Position numbers and translations under genes: made by a program. The notes beneath the pieces were generated by a model. That model searched no databases. It worked only from the letters and a program-made list of their open reading frames with translations, and was not told where the DNA came from. A DNA stretch of 61,538 nucleotides, filler included, from Choristocarpus tenellus KU-1152 (lineage: Eukaryota; Protista; Phaeophyceae), in the NCBI GenBank assembly GCA_964200185.2. It is 14 parts of 14 records of this genome, joined end to end, with 100 filler letters (N's around TTAATTAATTAA, not from the genome) between each part and the next. Parts side by side here need not be neighbours in the genome. Positions count along the whole stretch, not along the records: positions 14,516 to 18,728 come from CAXNAD020015658.1; positions 18,829 to 22,044 come from CAXNAD020021469.1; positions 22,145 to 27,370 come from CAXNAD020011435.1; 11 more parts are not named here. One strand, written 5' to 3'. The stretch's first letter is position 1, and the number at the start of each line of letters is the position of its first letter. Shown one piece after another: positions 14,516 through 26,104 of this stretch.

Positions 14516-17500
14516 TTTGGAGCCGCCACCTTACTCTGCCCAGCCTTATCCCCTGCATCAATACCCCCAGCAGTCGTAGCCAGCAAAACGCCTTCCTCCT
14601 CTCCAGGAACTTCATGACTGGACTTGGTATTCTTGGCTTTGGCTTTGGCCTTCTTAGTGCTCTTCCCATTGCCACCACAAGCCCCATCCCCAACCACTCC
14701 AGGCTTACCGGAAGCTCCTCCGTAAGACTGTTCATTTAGAGGGGGAGGGGGAGGGGGAAGAAACCTGAATAAACTAAACAGAACTAGTAACTCAAAACTT
14801 TTCATTCGCAGCAATGCCCTTCCACACTTTCCCCCCCTGGCCTGCTATTAACTGCCTTAAACCTCTCTCACAAGAGAAACATAGCCCTTCGCCATAAACA
14901 ACGGTTGCACCAACAAAACAAGTGGTACCAAGGCGGTACCAAGGTGGTACCAAGGCGGTAACCAGATATTGTTATCACAACACCATTCTGGGGAGGTTGG
15001 GCTTGGGTGAGTCAATTGCCTGTGGAATTGGCAGGTCCCTGGCCCCAAAGCCGATAACTGAGCCCCGGTGGTCACGAATAGGCACTACCAAGCGCCCACG
15101 GAACCTGTCAAGGTGTTTAACCACCTGTTTTGGGGTGGGGGTGCAGAAGGAGGGTGGGCATGGGAGGAGAGTGTGGAGGCTCACAGCACAAAGAGGTACA
15201 ACCAATCAGATTACATGTACCACAGGCACTACTAGTACATGTACATATGTCATGTTGTAGTACTCCTACACAACCCTTATGCACTTGAGCACTGCAACTA
15301 ATGGCGTACTACATCATTGGGGTTGTGTACAACACACACAATCCCTGACCCCACATGTCTTCTCAAAATACTCATTCCATCACAGCTACACACCTAAGCA
15401 GGGTGTTTGCATGTGTATGGGGGAAGAGTGCCACGGCGGAGGGATGCAATATTTGGGGGAGGGGGAGATGGGGGGAAGAATGCATGATCGAGGTGTGGAC
15501 ATTTTATTGGAGGAGAGAGTCTGTTCACAATGGGGACAAAGTGGCATACAACATAGTTGCCCAGATCCAATCTCCATCTGTGTGTGTTAAGGTTTTATCA
15601 ACAACATAGGTGTTAATTTTTTTCTACTTCAAAAAGGTCAAGGAGATAATGAGGTGTGCAACAGGGCATCGATGGAAGGAAGGGACTTTGTCTCTACGTC
15701 CAAGAAGTGAAGACACCTGATTGCCTCCAAATTTGCTGTTTGATTTCCACTTGGAGGTGTCCGATACCAGCCCAGCATCCACCAGTGTCTTCAAGTCAAA
15801 GCCCTCCTGAGAGCAAGGAGGTAAGAGTTGTTGAAAAGTCACATTTTCACAGTAGGGGAGGGGGTAGGCGTGAAAATCCAGATTATCAAGACACCACTGC
15901 AGCACTGATGCAGGAAAGATGCACACATGGGATTTTTTTATAGTACAACATTCTACTCTGCCCCTCATTCACAAATGCATCTCTTGCAACATGTCAACTC
16001 TTCCATGCAAACACCTCAACCCATGAGAAAGAAATGGAACCTACCTCCTGAGTAGTGTAAAGCGTTTCGAATTACGGTGCTCGAGGATCAACCAACCTAG
16101 GTCAACACCTCCCTTTGCCACATCATAACTATACTACTAATCAACTTACTCCTCCTATACAATACCACAACAACAAGTCCTTGTCATAACACAGCCTCCC
16201 CCACCTCCTTGCCTGGGTAAGGTACTCAATTAGAGGACTGTTGAAGTCAGCTGGACTGTAACCCAGCTGGAAATCCATTACTGTCTTTGGCGATATTCCC
16301 CTCTGGAGCAAGTGAGCCCTACATCAAGGTGGGAAGGGCAAGGACAGCGCAGGTGCCAAATGTGTGTAGGGTGGAGGTCAGTCACTGGTCCACCAAATAC
16401 AAAAGTCCTTGACAAGTATTTTAAGAACCCACATCAACAACATGCATGTTAACATGTGGCAAGCATAGATGACTTCTGTGAGTGCAATTATGCCACCCAA
16501 ATGCAGTGCCTCTTTTGTATCATCCCCAACCCTAACTTGTAACTGGCTGGGCAAGGGTGTCTTGCACCATGGATAAGGTTAACAACAAACCTTGCTACGC
16601 CTGCTGAAGGCATCTCCGCCAAGCACCGCGCATAGAACTGTGCAGCCATCTGAAGGACAAGCCCAAGTCGTTCTCTAGCCTCCTTGTCCAGGCTCCCTCT
16701 CTCATTCCCCCCACCCTTCACCGGTGACCCATACCCCAGCTCTATTCCACAATCGTCTGCTAGTGTCTGCACAGCCTCCACAAAACCTATACCCTCCATC
16801 TAGATAGTTACATCACATCACAATTCAGGGAGGGGAAGGGAGGGGAACAGAAGGAGAAGTCATCGCAGCACAAGCTATAAAGGGCTCCGGAGGGGAATGT
16901 TTCCCTTCCTCACTGGCTCTTTCGTTGAACCAGGCAGTGTGGAAGGGAAAAGGTTTATCCTGAATTTCCTTGTCCCGCACAGGCTATAATATCTTGTAGA
17001 ATTACGAAGGGACTCGAGCGCTGAGAGATCGCACTGGTTAAAGCGTTCAGAAATGTTGGGTGCGAGGATTGGACACAGAGCCTGTTCCCACAGCCTACCA
17101 TACCTGCATCATGAAGGTGATCACATCCCCCTTAGCACCACATCCGAAACACAGGTAGTAGCCCCTGGACTCATCAACGGAGAAAGAGGGTGTGCGATCC
17201 TCATGGAAGGGGCAGCACCCAACCATACCTCGCCCTGCCGGTTTCAATTCCACTTGTCTGGGTAGATAGAAAAGAACCAGTAGGATTGGGAAAGGAAGTC
17301 AAGGAATGACAGGTCCAGGCTTCAATTCATGGCGCCGGTCAAGCCCTAGTGTGCAAGCTGTCCAGCAAGTACCCCCCCAGTAGAGAATATTTGAACGGTA
17401 AGAACAATATTGGAGATGGCAAAATACGTAAATCAACCTCAAGTTATTTGATCGAAGGTATGGAAACCAACACGCAAATTACAGGGTCACCGTGGCATGC

Positions 17501-18104
17501 ATCTGTTTCCAGGGAAGGCATTGGACAGTCATCACAGTCTTCCAAGAAACATCATTTTCTTAAGGATGGCTCTACATTCTAGCAAGCTCTCGATTTTCAG
17601 TCTCTAGATGTGTCTACACAATACAAAGTCCACTCACCGGCCGATAACCTCGCAAATGCTGGTATTTGCCCTTATGCGGTCTAATGTCTCATCTGTGATC
17701 GCCCTATATTTCAATCGGGGTGCCTTTGGTCCTGCTGTTACTGTCTGCGGCATGGACTGCTCTATCCCTGCCCCACCAGTGGCCACGGGGCTGATAGTCA
17801 ACGATGTCATAGCATGTGGACGAAGTTGCCGACCATGACGAGAGCCGATGTCCGTGCTTTTGTGTACTTCGACCGATCCTCCCATCTCCAGGGAGCATAG
17901 GAGAAGATTGACGTGTTTAGAACCGACATGGGGGCCACAACGCCTAACATTGGGACCGAGATTGGTGGGCCACAATTGACCTACAGTAGTGGTTGGGACA
18001 CCTGAAATACAACCTGGCACACAGAAAGCATCCGAGGTTGTGGTAAGGAGGGGCATAACAGAGGCAGCCGCAGCGGCTGCACGCCGCGACACTGGCATGT
18101 GCAA
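14516..18104 (-). CDS. dnaG: Nucleus-encoded bacterial-type DNA primase (DnaG), probably plastid-targeted; exons 18104-17638, 17257-17104, 16799-16591, 16318-16213, 15806-15717, 15124-~15020, 14727-14516 (3'-truncated by contig end)
   Basis: CHC2 zinc finger ...IRANTSICEVIGRQVELKPAGRGMVGCCPFHEDRTPSFSVDESRGYYLCFGCGAKGDVITFMMQMEGIGFVEAVQTLA. This is followed by AAQFY, HLLQRGISPKTVMDFQLGYSP, LVDAGL and DRFRGRLVVPIRDHRGSVIGFGAR, and it ends at AAP(K) just before the expected KYLNS. Intron phases are consistent. Confidence 0.95.
14922..14960. repeat. 11-bp tandem repeat (GYGGTACCAAG) x ~3.5 in a dnaG intron
   Basis: Read directly from the sequence. Confidence 0.8.
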
Positions 18105-19479
18105 AGCGGTCCTTGGTGAGCGAGATCAGAATCGCTTCCCATCCCAAACTAGTACAACATTGTTGGTTGGAGTGTAGGTGTTTCTTGTAACAACAGATTG
18201 ACCTCTCAATTTGGAATCGTATACCTCATGACTACCTTCTCTCCTACCAATAAAAAACATGTGGTTGTTGAACTAAAAAACGTAATCTCAATACGGATAG
18301 CACCGTGTTGTATACATCATAATTGTATGGTTTTAGGGTAGAACTCTTGAATCAGCACAATATCAATCTTCTTCCAGGGTTGGAGGTTGACATACAGAAA
18401 ACTGCTTGATATGGGGCGCTTCTGTGCTGTACCAAAATGCTAGAAGAGGTCAAGGTTTCAGAATACTAGGTGAGTCATGTTGCACCAATCATTAACAGCC
18501 TGTATTGTTGTTAGGAAGGAGCGCCCAGATAGATGCTACCTGTACATACTTGGAGGTACTGACTGCTGCTCTGAATCCAACCAGGAAAAACATAGAGGAG
18601 TTGTCGCCACCCTCATTACCTCTAACCTTTGCATGTCTGCAATCTCTGCATCTGACACGATAACATCTACCAGAGGATTTTCAAAATTGGTGATGGAGCG
18701 GGACTACGAGGATGGTTGTTTTGCGAAANNNNNNNNNNNNNNNNNNNNNNNNNNNNNNNNNNNNNNNNNNNNTTAATTAATTAANNNNNNNNNNNNNNNN
18801 NNNNNNNNNNNNNNNNNNNNNNNNNNNNGAGGGCTTTATGCAGACCCTCGTTCTGAGGACAAGTTTTCCAATCCTGAAGCAGGTGCCCACCATTAGATGT
18901 ACAATATATTGTTCATCTCGCTCCTCCACTTCATCCCTCTCTGATGACTCTTCCTGTAGCGACAGAAGTGAGGACAGGTTTGTGCTAGGTGAGAGGTCAT
19001 CCTTTGGCAACAAAGTAGACGGTTTGGCTAATGATCCTTCCCTTGATGAAGGGAGTGTAGGCCAGATTGTCAAGGATCTGGCTGTTGACCCTTGCCCTGG
19101 TGATGGGGAGAGAGGTCAGGTTGACATGAGTCTGTCCAGAGACACTACCCGAGATGGTGAAGGGAGTGTAGGATATATCTCATCCTTGAGTTCACAGCAC
19201 TTGCCTCAGGTAGGTGCTGACCCAACGGCTGCCCGTACTGCAGCTCGCCAGCTGGAGGAAGTTCTTCCCAATCCAGTCCACGAACCTTGCGTTGAGTTGG
19301 GTAGGAGTAGATAGGAAATGCATGCCAGAGTTAAGGGAGTGCAGGTGTTGGTGATGTGATGTCTCTCATTGCTAGTGTAGAAAGGAAACATGTTGCTTAT
19401 GCCTTGGCTGTACAGCCCATGCCCAAGTTAGTGTTGATGAGTACCCCCCTTCATGGTCGTTTTGTTTCTGAGTTGGGAC

Positions 19480-20375
19480 TAGCCCCACAGACTTATACTG
19501 AGGCTCGAAAGTCTGAATACTGCCCAGCATGGGAAGAGGCTATATATCTAAGGAGTTCGATGGTTTATAGGACACAGGTACCTTCAGTGTTGCAGATGTA
19601 CCCTTGGGGTGCAAGGCTATTGGTTCCAAGTGGGTGTTCAAATGGAAGGGTGACTGTTTTGGTATGTTCAGTGAGGCAAAGGCTAGTTCCTCAAGGTTTT
19701 GACCAGGAGTATGATGTTGAAACCTCTGCCCCCACACCTTCCTCTTCATTGGTTAGGCTAATGGCCGGTATGACCTGTGAGTTGGACCTGAAGATGTGGC
19801 ATGTAGATGTAGAGCAGGCCTTTGTTCAATCTGACCTGGATAGGGAGGGAAAAGTGTACATGCGCCTCCGGCAGGGATGTGGAGATCTCTCCTATACGAT
19901 GGTATGCCTTCACAGGTCGCTTTATGGTTGGTTTGAAGCAAACCTCTAGGACTTGGAATGCTAAGCTTACTTCAACCCTTAAGCATCATGGTTTTGAGCA
20001 GTGTCTGATTAACCCATGTATAGTTATATTCAGGAGGGATGGTGTTGTCAAGATAAGTTCATGCAGTTCATGTGGATGGCATGATAGTTTTGTCAAGATA
20101 AGTTCATGCAGTTCATGTGGATGACATGATGGTTTTGGTGTCAGGTGATGATTGCAATGGTCTTTGTGCCTCCCTGAATGAAGAGTTCCCCGCCAAAAAC
20201 CTTGTCTTATTGTCTCAGGTTTCTGGTTGCACTTACACAAGAGATTGGAAGCGCGGTATCCTCTCCATTACCCAGACTAACAATATTGACAGTTTGTGTG
20301 AACATTTTTCAACCCAATCAACAAGTCCCGTCCCTGCTGCCCCTTCCAGAAAGCTGGGAATTTGGGAGGGAGATG
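19480..20375 (+). mobile_element. Degenerate Ty1/copia retrotransposon reverse transcriptase (pseudogene)
   Basis: Motifs recovered across frameshifts: PQTYTEARKSEYCPAWEEAI, KWVFKWK, RLVPQGFDQ, ETSAPT, WHVDVEQAFVQSDL, VYMRL, RSLYG/LKQTSRTW, GFEQCLINPC, HVDDMM. These match the RVT_2 family. RNase H is absent. Confidence 0.93.
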
Positions 20376-20790
20376 TGTTCGTGGATAGTGCTGCTGATAT
20401 ACTATAGACACCACCAGTGGAGTAGAATAGGAAAGGTAGAGTCAGATATGTGTTTCCATATATTTCAGTTGAGCTCTACCCAATGTACATGTGATACATT
20501 GCAGAGTAAGATCTGTAACTTGGAAATGTATACAATGGTTATAGTGCAATTGTACAGACACACTCCCGTCATGTAGTTGATAGTATTCATTTGTGATCAT
20601 CCATGTGGACGTTGCAAATCCCGCATGGTAGTTTACACCTGTCTCACCCCACAAGTTCAGTCAGTGGAATTGAGACCTCAAGCCCCTTGTAACGCTAACA
20701 TTATATATTCCCACCAAGCTACTTACTGTCCTCTACCAAGGCACATGATTTATCATCTTAACCGTGGGTCCAGTGTGGAATACTTCAACA
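20376..20790 (+). mobile_element. LTR-like repeat (TGTTCG...AACA)
   Basis: The 5' end TGTTCGTGGATAGTGCTGCTGATATACTATAGACACC recurs at 21977 (+) and 45800 (-), and in diverged form at 1778. The 3' boundary is approximate. Confidence 0.7.
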
Positions 20791-20866
20791 CGCTATGGCA
20801 AACCAACTATTCCTGGGATGTTATGCTGAGCTACAAGGCTGGTGATGAGTAGTACCAGTGTAAAAG

Positions 20867-21335
20867 ATGTCTGCCTGCGGCACCACTGAGGTCACCAACC
20901 TTCCCACATTTGCAGGAAAGATGGGTGAGGATTTCTTTGCTTTTGCAGTTATAGCAAGCCACCCTTGGAGTCTATGCTTGAGCTCTTCATGGCCCCGACA
21001 TCATCTGTGGGGGATCAGCCTGGGCAGTGGACGTGGATTTGAGGCAGAGACTTCCAGCCTTGAGTCCGTCAAGTTCTTCACCAAGTGGTGAAGGAGACGA
21101 AATGACAGCAACATCATCGCCAACCTTTTCGGTTATGGCACCTGTCGACATGGATGATGATCTCCGATTGGCCACTTCATGGGTCAAGAAAGCTTGGCAA
21201 CTACTGCTCATTATGCTGCAAGACCGTACTCTACATGTGTTTATCGCGCCGGGTTCTCCAATTGCAGGGTGGCATTTGCTTTACGTGGCGTTCAAACCCA
21301 AGACCCTACAGTGTGCAAATTACCTTCGGAGGTAA
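20867..21335 (+). pseudogene. Probable copia gag remnant (frameshifted)
   Basis: MSACGTTEVTNLPTFAGK... and ...KKAWQLLLIMLQDRTLHVFIAPGSPIAGWHLLYVAFKPKT lie right after the LTR. The AW..L / SP...W..L...F.P pattern resembles copia gag. Confidence 0.5.
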
Positions 21336-21976
21336 TGCTATTTCTCAGTAGTGAAGATAAGAGAGTGTGAAGCCTCACACGACCCCCTTTGCTGAGCGGG
21401 AAAAAAGAATGGATGGTTGAAATTTGGAAGAGTGACCTTTGTGTGTGGTGTCTTCTTATTGCTTGTTTATTTTTTATTTGTGCTTCCTATCTGAGTCAAC
21501 GGTCATGTCAAAGTTGAATGCAGAATAAATACCAATACATAATCCCATACATAATCTGGATGTACTATTTTATTAGTTACATCACATGGACTCAATTCTC
21601 ATATACACAAAATAAGGTACACCTCACTATTGTCCTATTTTGCACACTCCCCCATGAGAGTGCAGGAAATGAAGAGTTGCTGGAACTCTCAAACCTAAAA
21701 CAACTTATTGTGTACACTCCCCATTCTGCACACTTGCCATAAAAATGGAAGTAAAGGGCGTCAGATTAGTTCAATTCTCACATGTATCACATTTATCTTG
21801 TCAACGCAGTAAAAGAATGCAGATTACTTCAAGTTTAACACACGACATTAATCTAATCAACACAGTATCTACAGTCTTCTGCCTGCTTCTTGCGTAATCT
21901 TTTGGTAAAGATGTCTGCAAGTTGGAGTGCCGTGGGAATATATTTTACTGTAAAAAATCCTTTGCTAACATACTCC

Positions 21977-22044
21977 TGTTCGTAGATAGTGCTGCTGATA
22001 CACTATAGACACCATCGGTGGAGTAGATTAGGAAATGCAGACAC
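21977..22044 (+). mobile_element. Start of another LTR copy, cut by contig end
   Basis: Near-identical to 20376-20435 and to the reverse complement of 45740-45800. Confidence 0.7.
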
Positions 22045-22339
22045 NNNNNNNNNNNNNNNNNNNNNNNNNNNNNNNNNNNNNNNNNNNNTTAATTAATTAA
22101 NNNNNNNNNNNNNNNNNNNNNNNNNNNNNNNNNNNNNNNNNNNNGGTGACTGGCGTGCGCGCGTGCGTTCTTCCGCTCTCTCTCTCCCTCCCTCCCTCCC
22201 TCCCTCCCTCCCTCCCTCCCTCCCTCCCTCCCTCAAGTATTCCGTCTCTTTTGTGTTCTAGGTGATGAGTGCAAACAGTTTACAAGGGTATGTATCTATG
22301 CAGTCAGTAGCTTTTGTTGTGGTACTGAAGGCTTGCACA

Positions 22340-22655
22340 TACATCCATGGTTGTGTGGATGCAATCAAGGTGTTGCCAATACTGATGATACCTAGTATGT
22401 ATGTATATATATATGTATGTGTGTGTATGGAGGTATGCGAATACATCCATAGTTATGTGGATGCAATCAAGGTGTTGCTAATACTGATGATACCTAGTAT
22501 GTATATATATATGTATGTCTGTGTATGGAGGTATGCGAATACATCCATAGTTATGTGGATGCAATCAAGGTGTTGCTAATACTGATGATACCTAGTATGT
22601 ATATATGTATATATATGTATGTATGAGTGTGTATGGAGGCGTGTGAATACATACT
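22340..22655. repeat. Minisatellite, ~92-100-bp unit x3 (ATACATCCATAGTTATGTGGATGCAATCAAGGTGTTGCTAATACTGATGATACCTAGTATG...)
   Basis: Three visibly aligned copies. Confidence 0.9.
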
Positions 22656-23269
22656 ATTGAAAAAGTGCATTCCTGTGTGGTTACGTGTTCCTCTCTTGTA
22701 ATGTTAAAGGAGTCTAGTCCCCTGTTCTAAACCTTGGTTGCAAGTCTGCAAAGCAAGGTACGTGAGAAAACATAACGCCTTCCACAGTACTATGTGTTGG
22801 ATTGCATCTACGCTCTACTGTTTTGCAAGGGGTGGTATCATTAGTAACACGTCAGGGACAATTGTCTTGTTTTACCTTAGCTGTGCAGTGAGTGGCTTTG
22901 ATATGTTGGCACTGTTATTGAATACTCTTTGGAAGTAATAGTCCCATCCCTTATTGAATACTCTTTGGAAGTAATAATGGTAAGCGTTTTGCCTGTGGAA
23001 TACCATTACAACCCATTGCTAGTAATGATACACTAGCTTTATCGATGTGGTGACCCCTCAGGGCTGAAAGTGGTTGAGTGTAGAGGAGAACTCCATGCAA
23101 ACTGGAAAAAAAATTGCAATTCCTCTACTTCAGCCCTTTCCTCTCAAAAAGATGAAACCGTAGTTAGAGAGGAAGAGGCGTTATCTAATGGCCTATTTTT
23201 TGTTTTTATTATAACGTACACATCAGTTAAATGGCACAAAGAAAATTTGTTTTTTTGTGTTTTTTTATA

Positions 23270-23565
23270 GAGCTTTATTATTTTTATTATTTACTAGATA
23301 TCCTTTTTTCTGATGATCTGTGTACCCCTGATCCTTTCATCTATCATTTTTATTGTTATTATTATTGTCATTATTATTATTATCATTATTATTAGTCATT
23401 ATTATTATTATTTTCATTTTTATTGTTATTATTATTATTATCATTATCATTTTTATTATTTACTATATATCCTTTTTTTCTGATGATCTGTGTAACCCTG
23501 ATCCTTTCATGTATCATTTTTATTTTCATTTTTATTGTTATTATTATTATTATTATTACTACTAA
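23270..23565. repeat. ~170-bp tandem duplication containing (TTA)n microsatellite
   Basis: ATATCCTTTTTTCTGATGATCTGTGTA.CCCTGATCCTTTCAT occurs at about 23297 and 23466. Confidence 0.8.
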
Positions 23566-23591
23566 TATTTTTCGCCTTTGCAATGCCTCAG

Positions 23592-26104
23592 GAGAAGACA
23601 GAGAAGGCCAGCAATGAGGTAACTCGGTGGCGAACAAAGGCTGGTGAACTGCAGATGAGGATAAGGGGCTTAGAGGTGGATAAGAACTTTGCACAGGTAA
23701 GATGAAGGTGAAGGTGAAGAGGTGAAGATGAAGATGTATTTAAAAAATAGAAAAGGTGTTGTGTAGTGAGGGCAAGTCCATTGAGTATAGTGATGCAGGA
23801 GTGTGGTGATGCAGGAGTGAACCACATTTGGCTTTGTTTTTACAATATGATTGAAGGCGTGCGTGAGTATGGGTAGATTATTGTTGTTGTTGTTGTTGTT
23901 TTGACTGTTTTGTGCATATCGCGGACTATGTTATGTCGACACTGTTTTAATGTTGTGTGTATAGTGTGGAAGGGGTTTGTATTGACTCAATTTTTGGAAA
24001 GTATTTTGTGTTGGTAGTATTAATCCTGTACATGATGAAAATAGGGGGGAGGGGATTCATGAGATGCCCATGTGTGTTATTTTAGTTTGTTTGCTGTGCC
24101 TCAGATGTACTTGGTGAGATGTCATGAACACCACCACTGTATGCCATGGTTTTTGTCTCCTGAAATAGTAGTAGTAATAGTATTAATGATAGTAATAGAA
24201 ACAGTTGTGCTAGGAATGGTAATAATAGTAGTAACAGTAATGGTAATAGTAATAATAGTAGTAGTAGTAGAAATAACATAAATATGTTATGTTTAAAGGC
24301 CTAGTTTCAGTTTTTTTGTTTGAGTCTGAGGTGTGAGGTAAGGTGGGAAAAATCCAGACAAATCCAGGACATACAACAGCTATAATACAACAGCTATAAT
24401 TCTACCGAAATGTTTTCCCTAACAATTATGCAAATAATACACTTCTAACCTTTAATAGCTTAATTCCCCCCCCCCCCACCCCCCACCCCCCACTGTTTAC
24501 AGTACCAACACAACAAACCAGATATCTTCTCCAAAATAAGTATATTACGTATCTATGTGTATGTTTGTTTTATTTTTTCAATGCCTTGACCCTAACCCTA
24601 ACCCTGATCTTGATCCCTCCGCTCCCCAACTCATGATTGAATGCATGCATGTTGTTTTGAACCCTCTGCAATTATTATTATTATTATTATTATTGTGGTG
24701 TATTTGGTGTGCGGTTTTTGACACGAGAAGGAGGCGGAGCGTACACTGAGGGTGGAGAATGAGGCCCTACGAAATGACTCTAGGCGTATGGGGGATGTGG
24801 TGGATCGTCTCAAGAACATAGACCAGGGTCTCAGTACCAAGGCAGAGGCGGTGAGAGTCATGAAAAGACTTACGTCTATGTATGTATGTAATGTATGTAT
24901 TTATCTATTTATGTATGTATTATATATGTATATATGTATTTTTCTATTTATGTATGTATTGTGTATGTATGTATACATTTGCAGTGAGTGTGGATGGTAT
25001 TAATATATGGAGATATTTTTTATTTTTACATCGAAGAGTATCACCGCCATTTGTGATTATTGGTGCATGGCTCTGGGTGCTTTGGGTATGCTCTGTGGCG
25101 TCAAGGTATTGTAACCAATGACAGTGGTATATTTTAACTTACTTAATTGGGGGGGTGTTGTTGACTCAGGAGCATTCACTCCTGTGGTCCAGTTAATAAT
25201 AATAATAAAAGAGTAAGAATAAGCACTTCACCAGGTTTAAGCATTATTCGGAAATATTTTGTTGATGATACGTGATGCCACTGTTTTTCGCATCCTCAGT
25301 AAATTTTTATTTTTATCAAGAATGTGAGGCAGGTAGGTCTTGCTCTGAATGAGAGCTCCGGGCTGCTCTGGGCTGCTCTGGACTACTCCAAAGGTCGAGG
25401 GCGGTCTAATGCATCCATCCTTGTATTTTTGATTGATGTAGTTCTGTTTATGATATTTCTAATCCCTTGCAATAAGGTGATCCTGGTCGCGTCAAAGCTT
25501 GTCATCATGATCCAAGTAGGTTGATTCTGATCTGTGTGCGGTATCATTTTGGAAACAAAAAAAATAAAAATCGGGACATTTGTATTCTAATATGTATAAC
25601 TTTGTTGAATTGAGGTGGAAAAAATTGGAAGACCATGCATATTTGGGGATCCTGTTGTTGAGGTGTGTCAGCATGGTCTTTATTCTCATCTTCTGCTTCC
25701 CTTCATTTTGGAGTTAGTTACACTCAATTATGAATATCAAGAGAGTTTGTCGCTGGATCATACCACAGACTAGATCATATCACAGACTAGATCATACCAA
25801 AGACTGCAAAGAACTTATGGATCGAAGTTATTGTTGTCCATGTCTGTAAGTTATTGTAGGGAATGATACGCATCTATGGTGATGAGTTGGAGCTCCCTGC
25901 GCTTTTTTGTGTTTTCAAATGGATACGATTTTGAATGATTTAATGCAGGAGGCGTCTATGGTCCGTGAGGAGGTAAAACGACTTCGGAGACAGCTGGAGA
26001 GGGCTCAGAGGGACACCTCGGATGCTGCAGCCACCCACCAGGCATCCTTGACAGTTATGAGGGATGAGGCAAGGGATCTCCGCGAGCGTCTGGAGGCGTC
26101 TCAG
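23592..26104 (+). CDS. Coiled-coil protein, internal exons 23592-23696, ~24728-24850, 25949-26104, partial
   Basis: EKTEKASNEVTRWRTKAGELQMRIRGLEVDKNFAQ|(K)EAERTLRVENEALRNDSRRMGDVVDRLKNIDQGLSTKAEA|EASMVREEVKRLRRQLERAQRD...LRERLEASQ. All junctions are phase-0 AG/GT, and the composition is E/R/K/A/L-rich and heptad-like. Confidence 0.75.

Noticed and set aside
22340-22655. Regularly spaced repeats as a CRISPR array
   Set aside because: Whole units are duplicated with no unique spacers, the context is eukaryotic, and there are no cas genes.
22262-25121. Hydrophobic short ORFs (poly-I/L/V/Y) resembling membrane peptides
   Set aside because: They are translations of (TTA)n, (TAG)n, (TATG)n and minisatellite intronic repeats.
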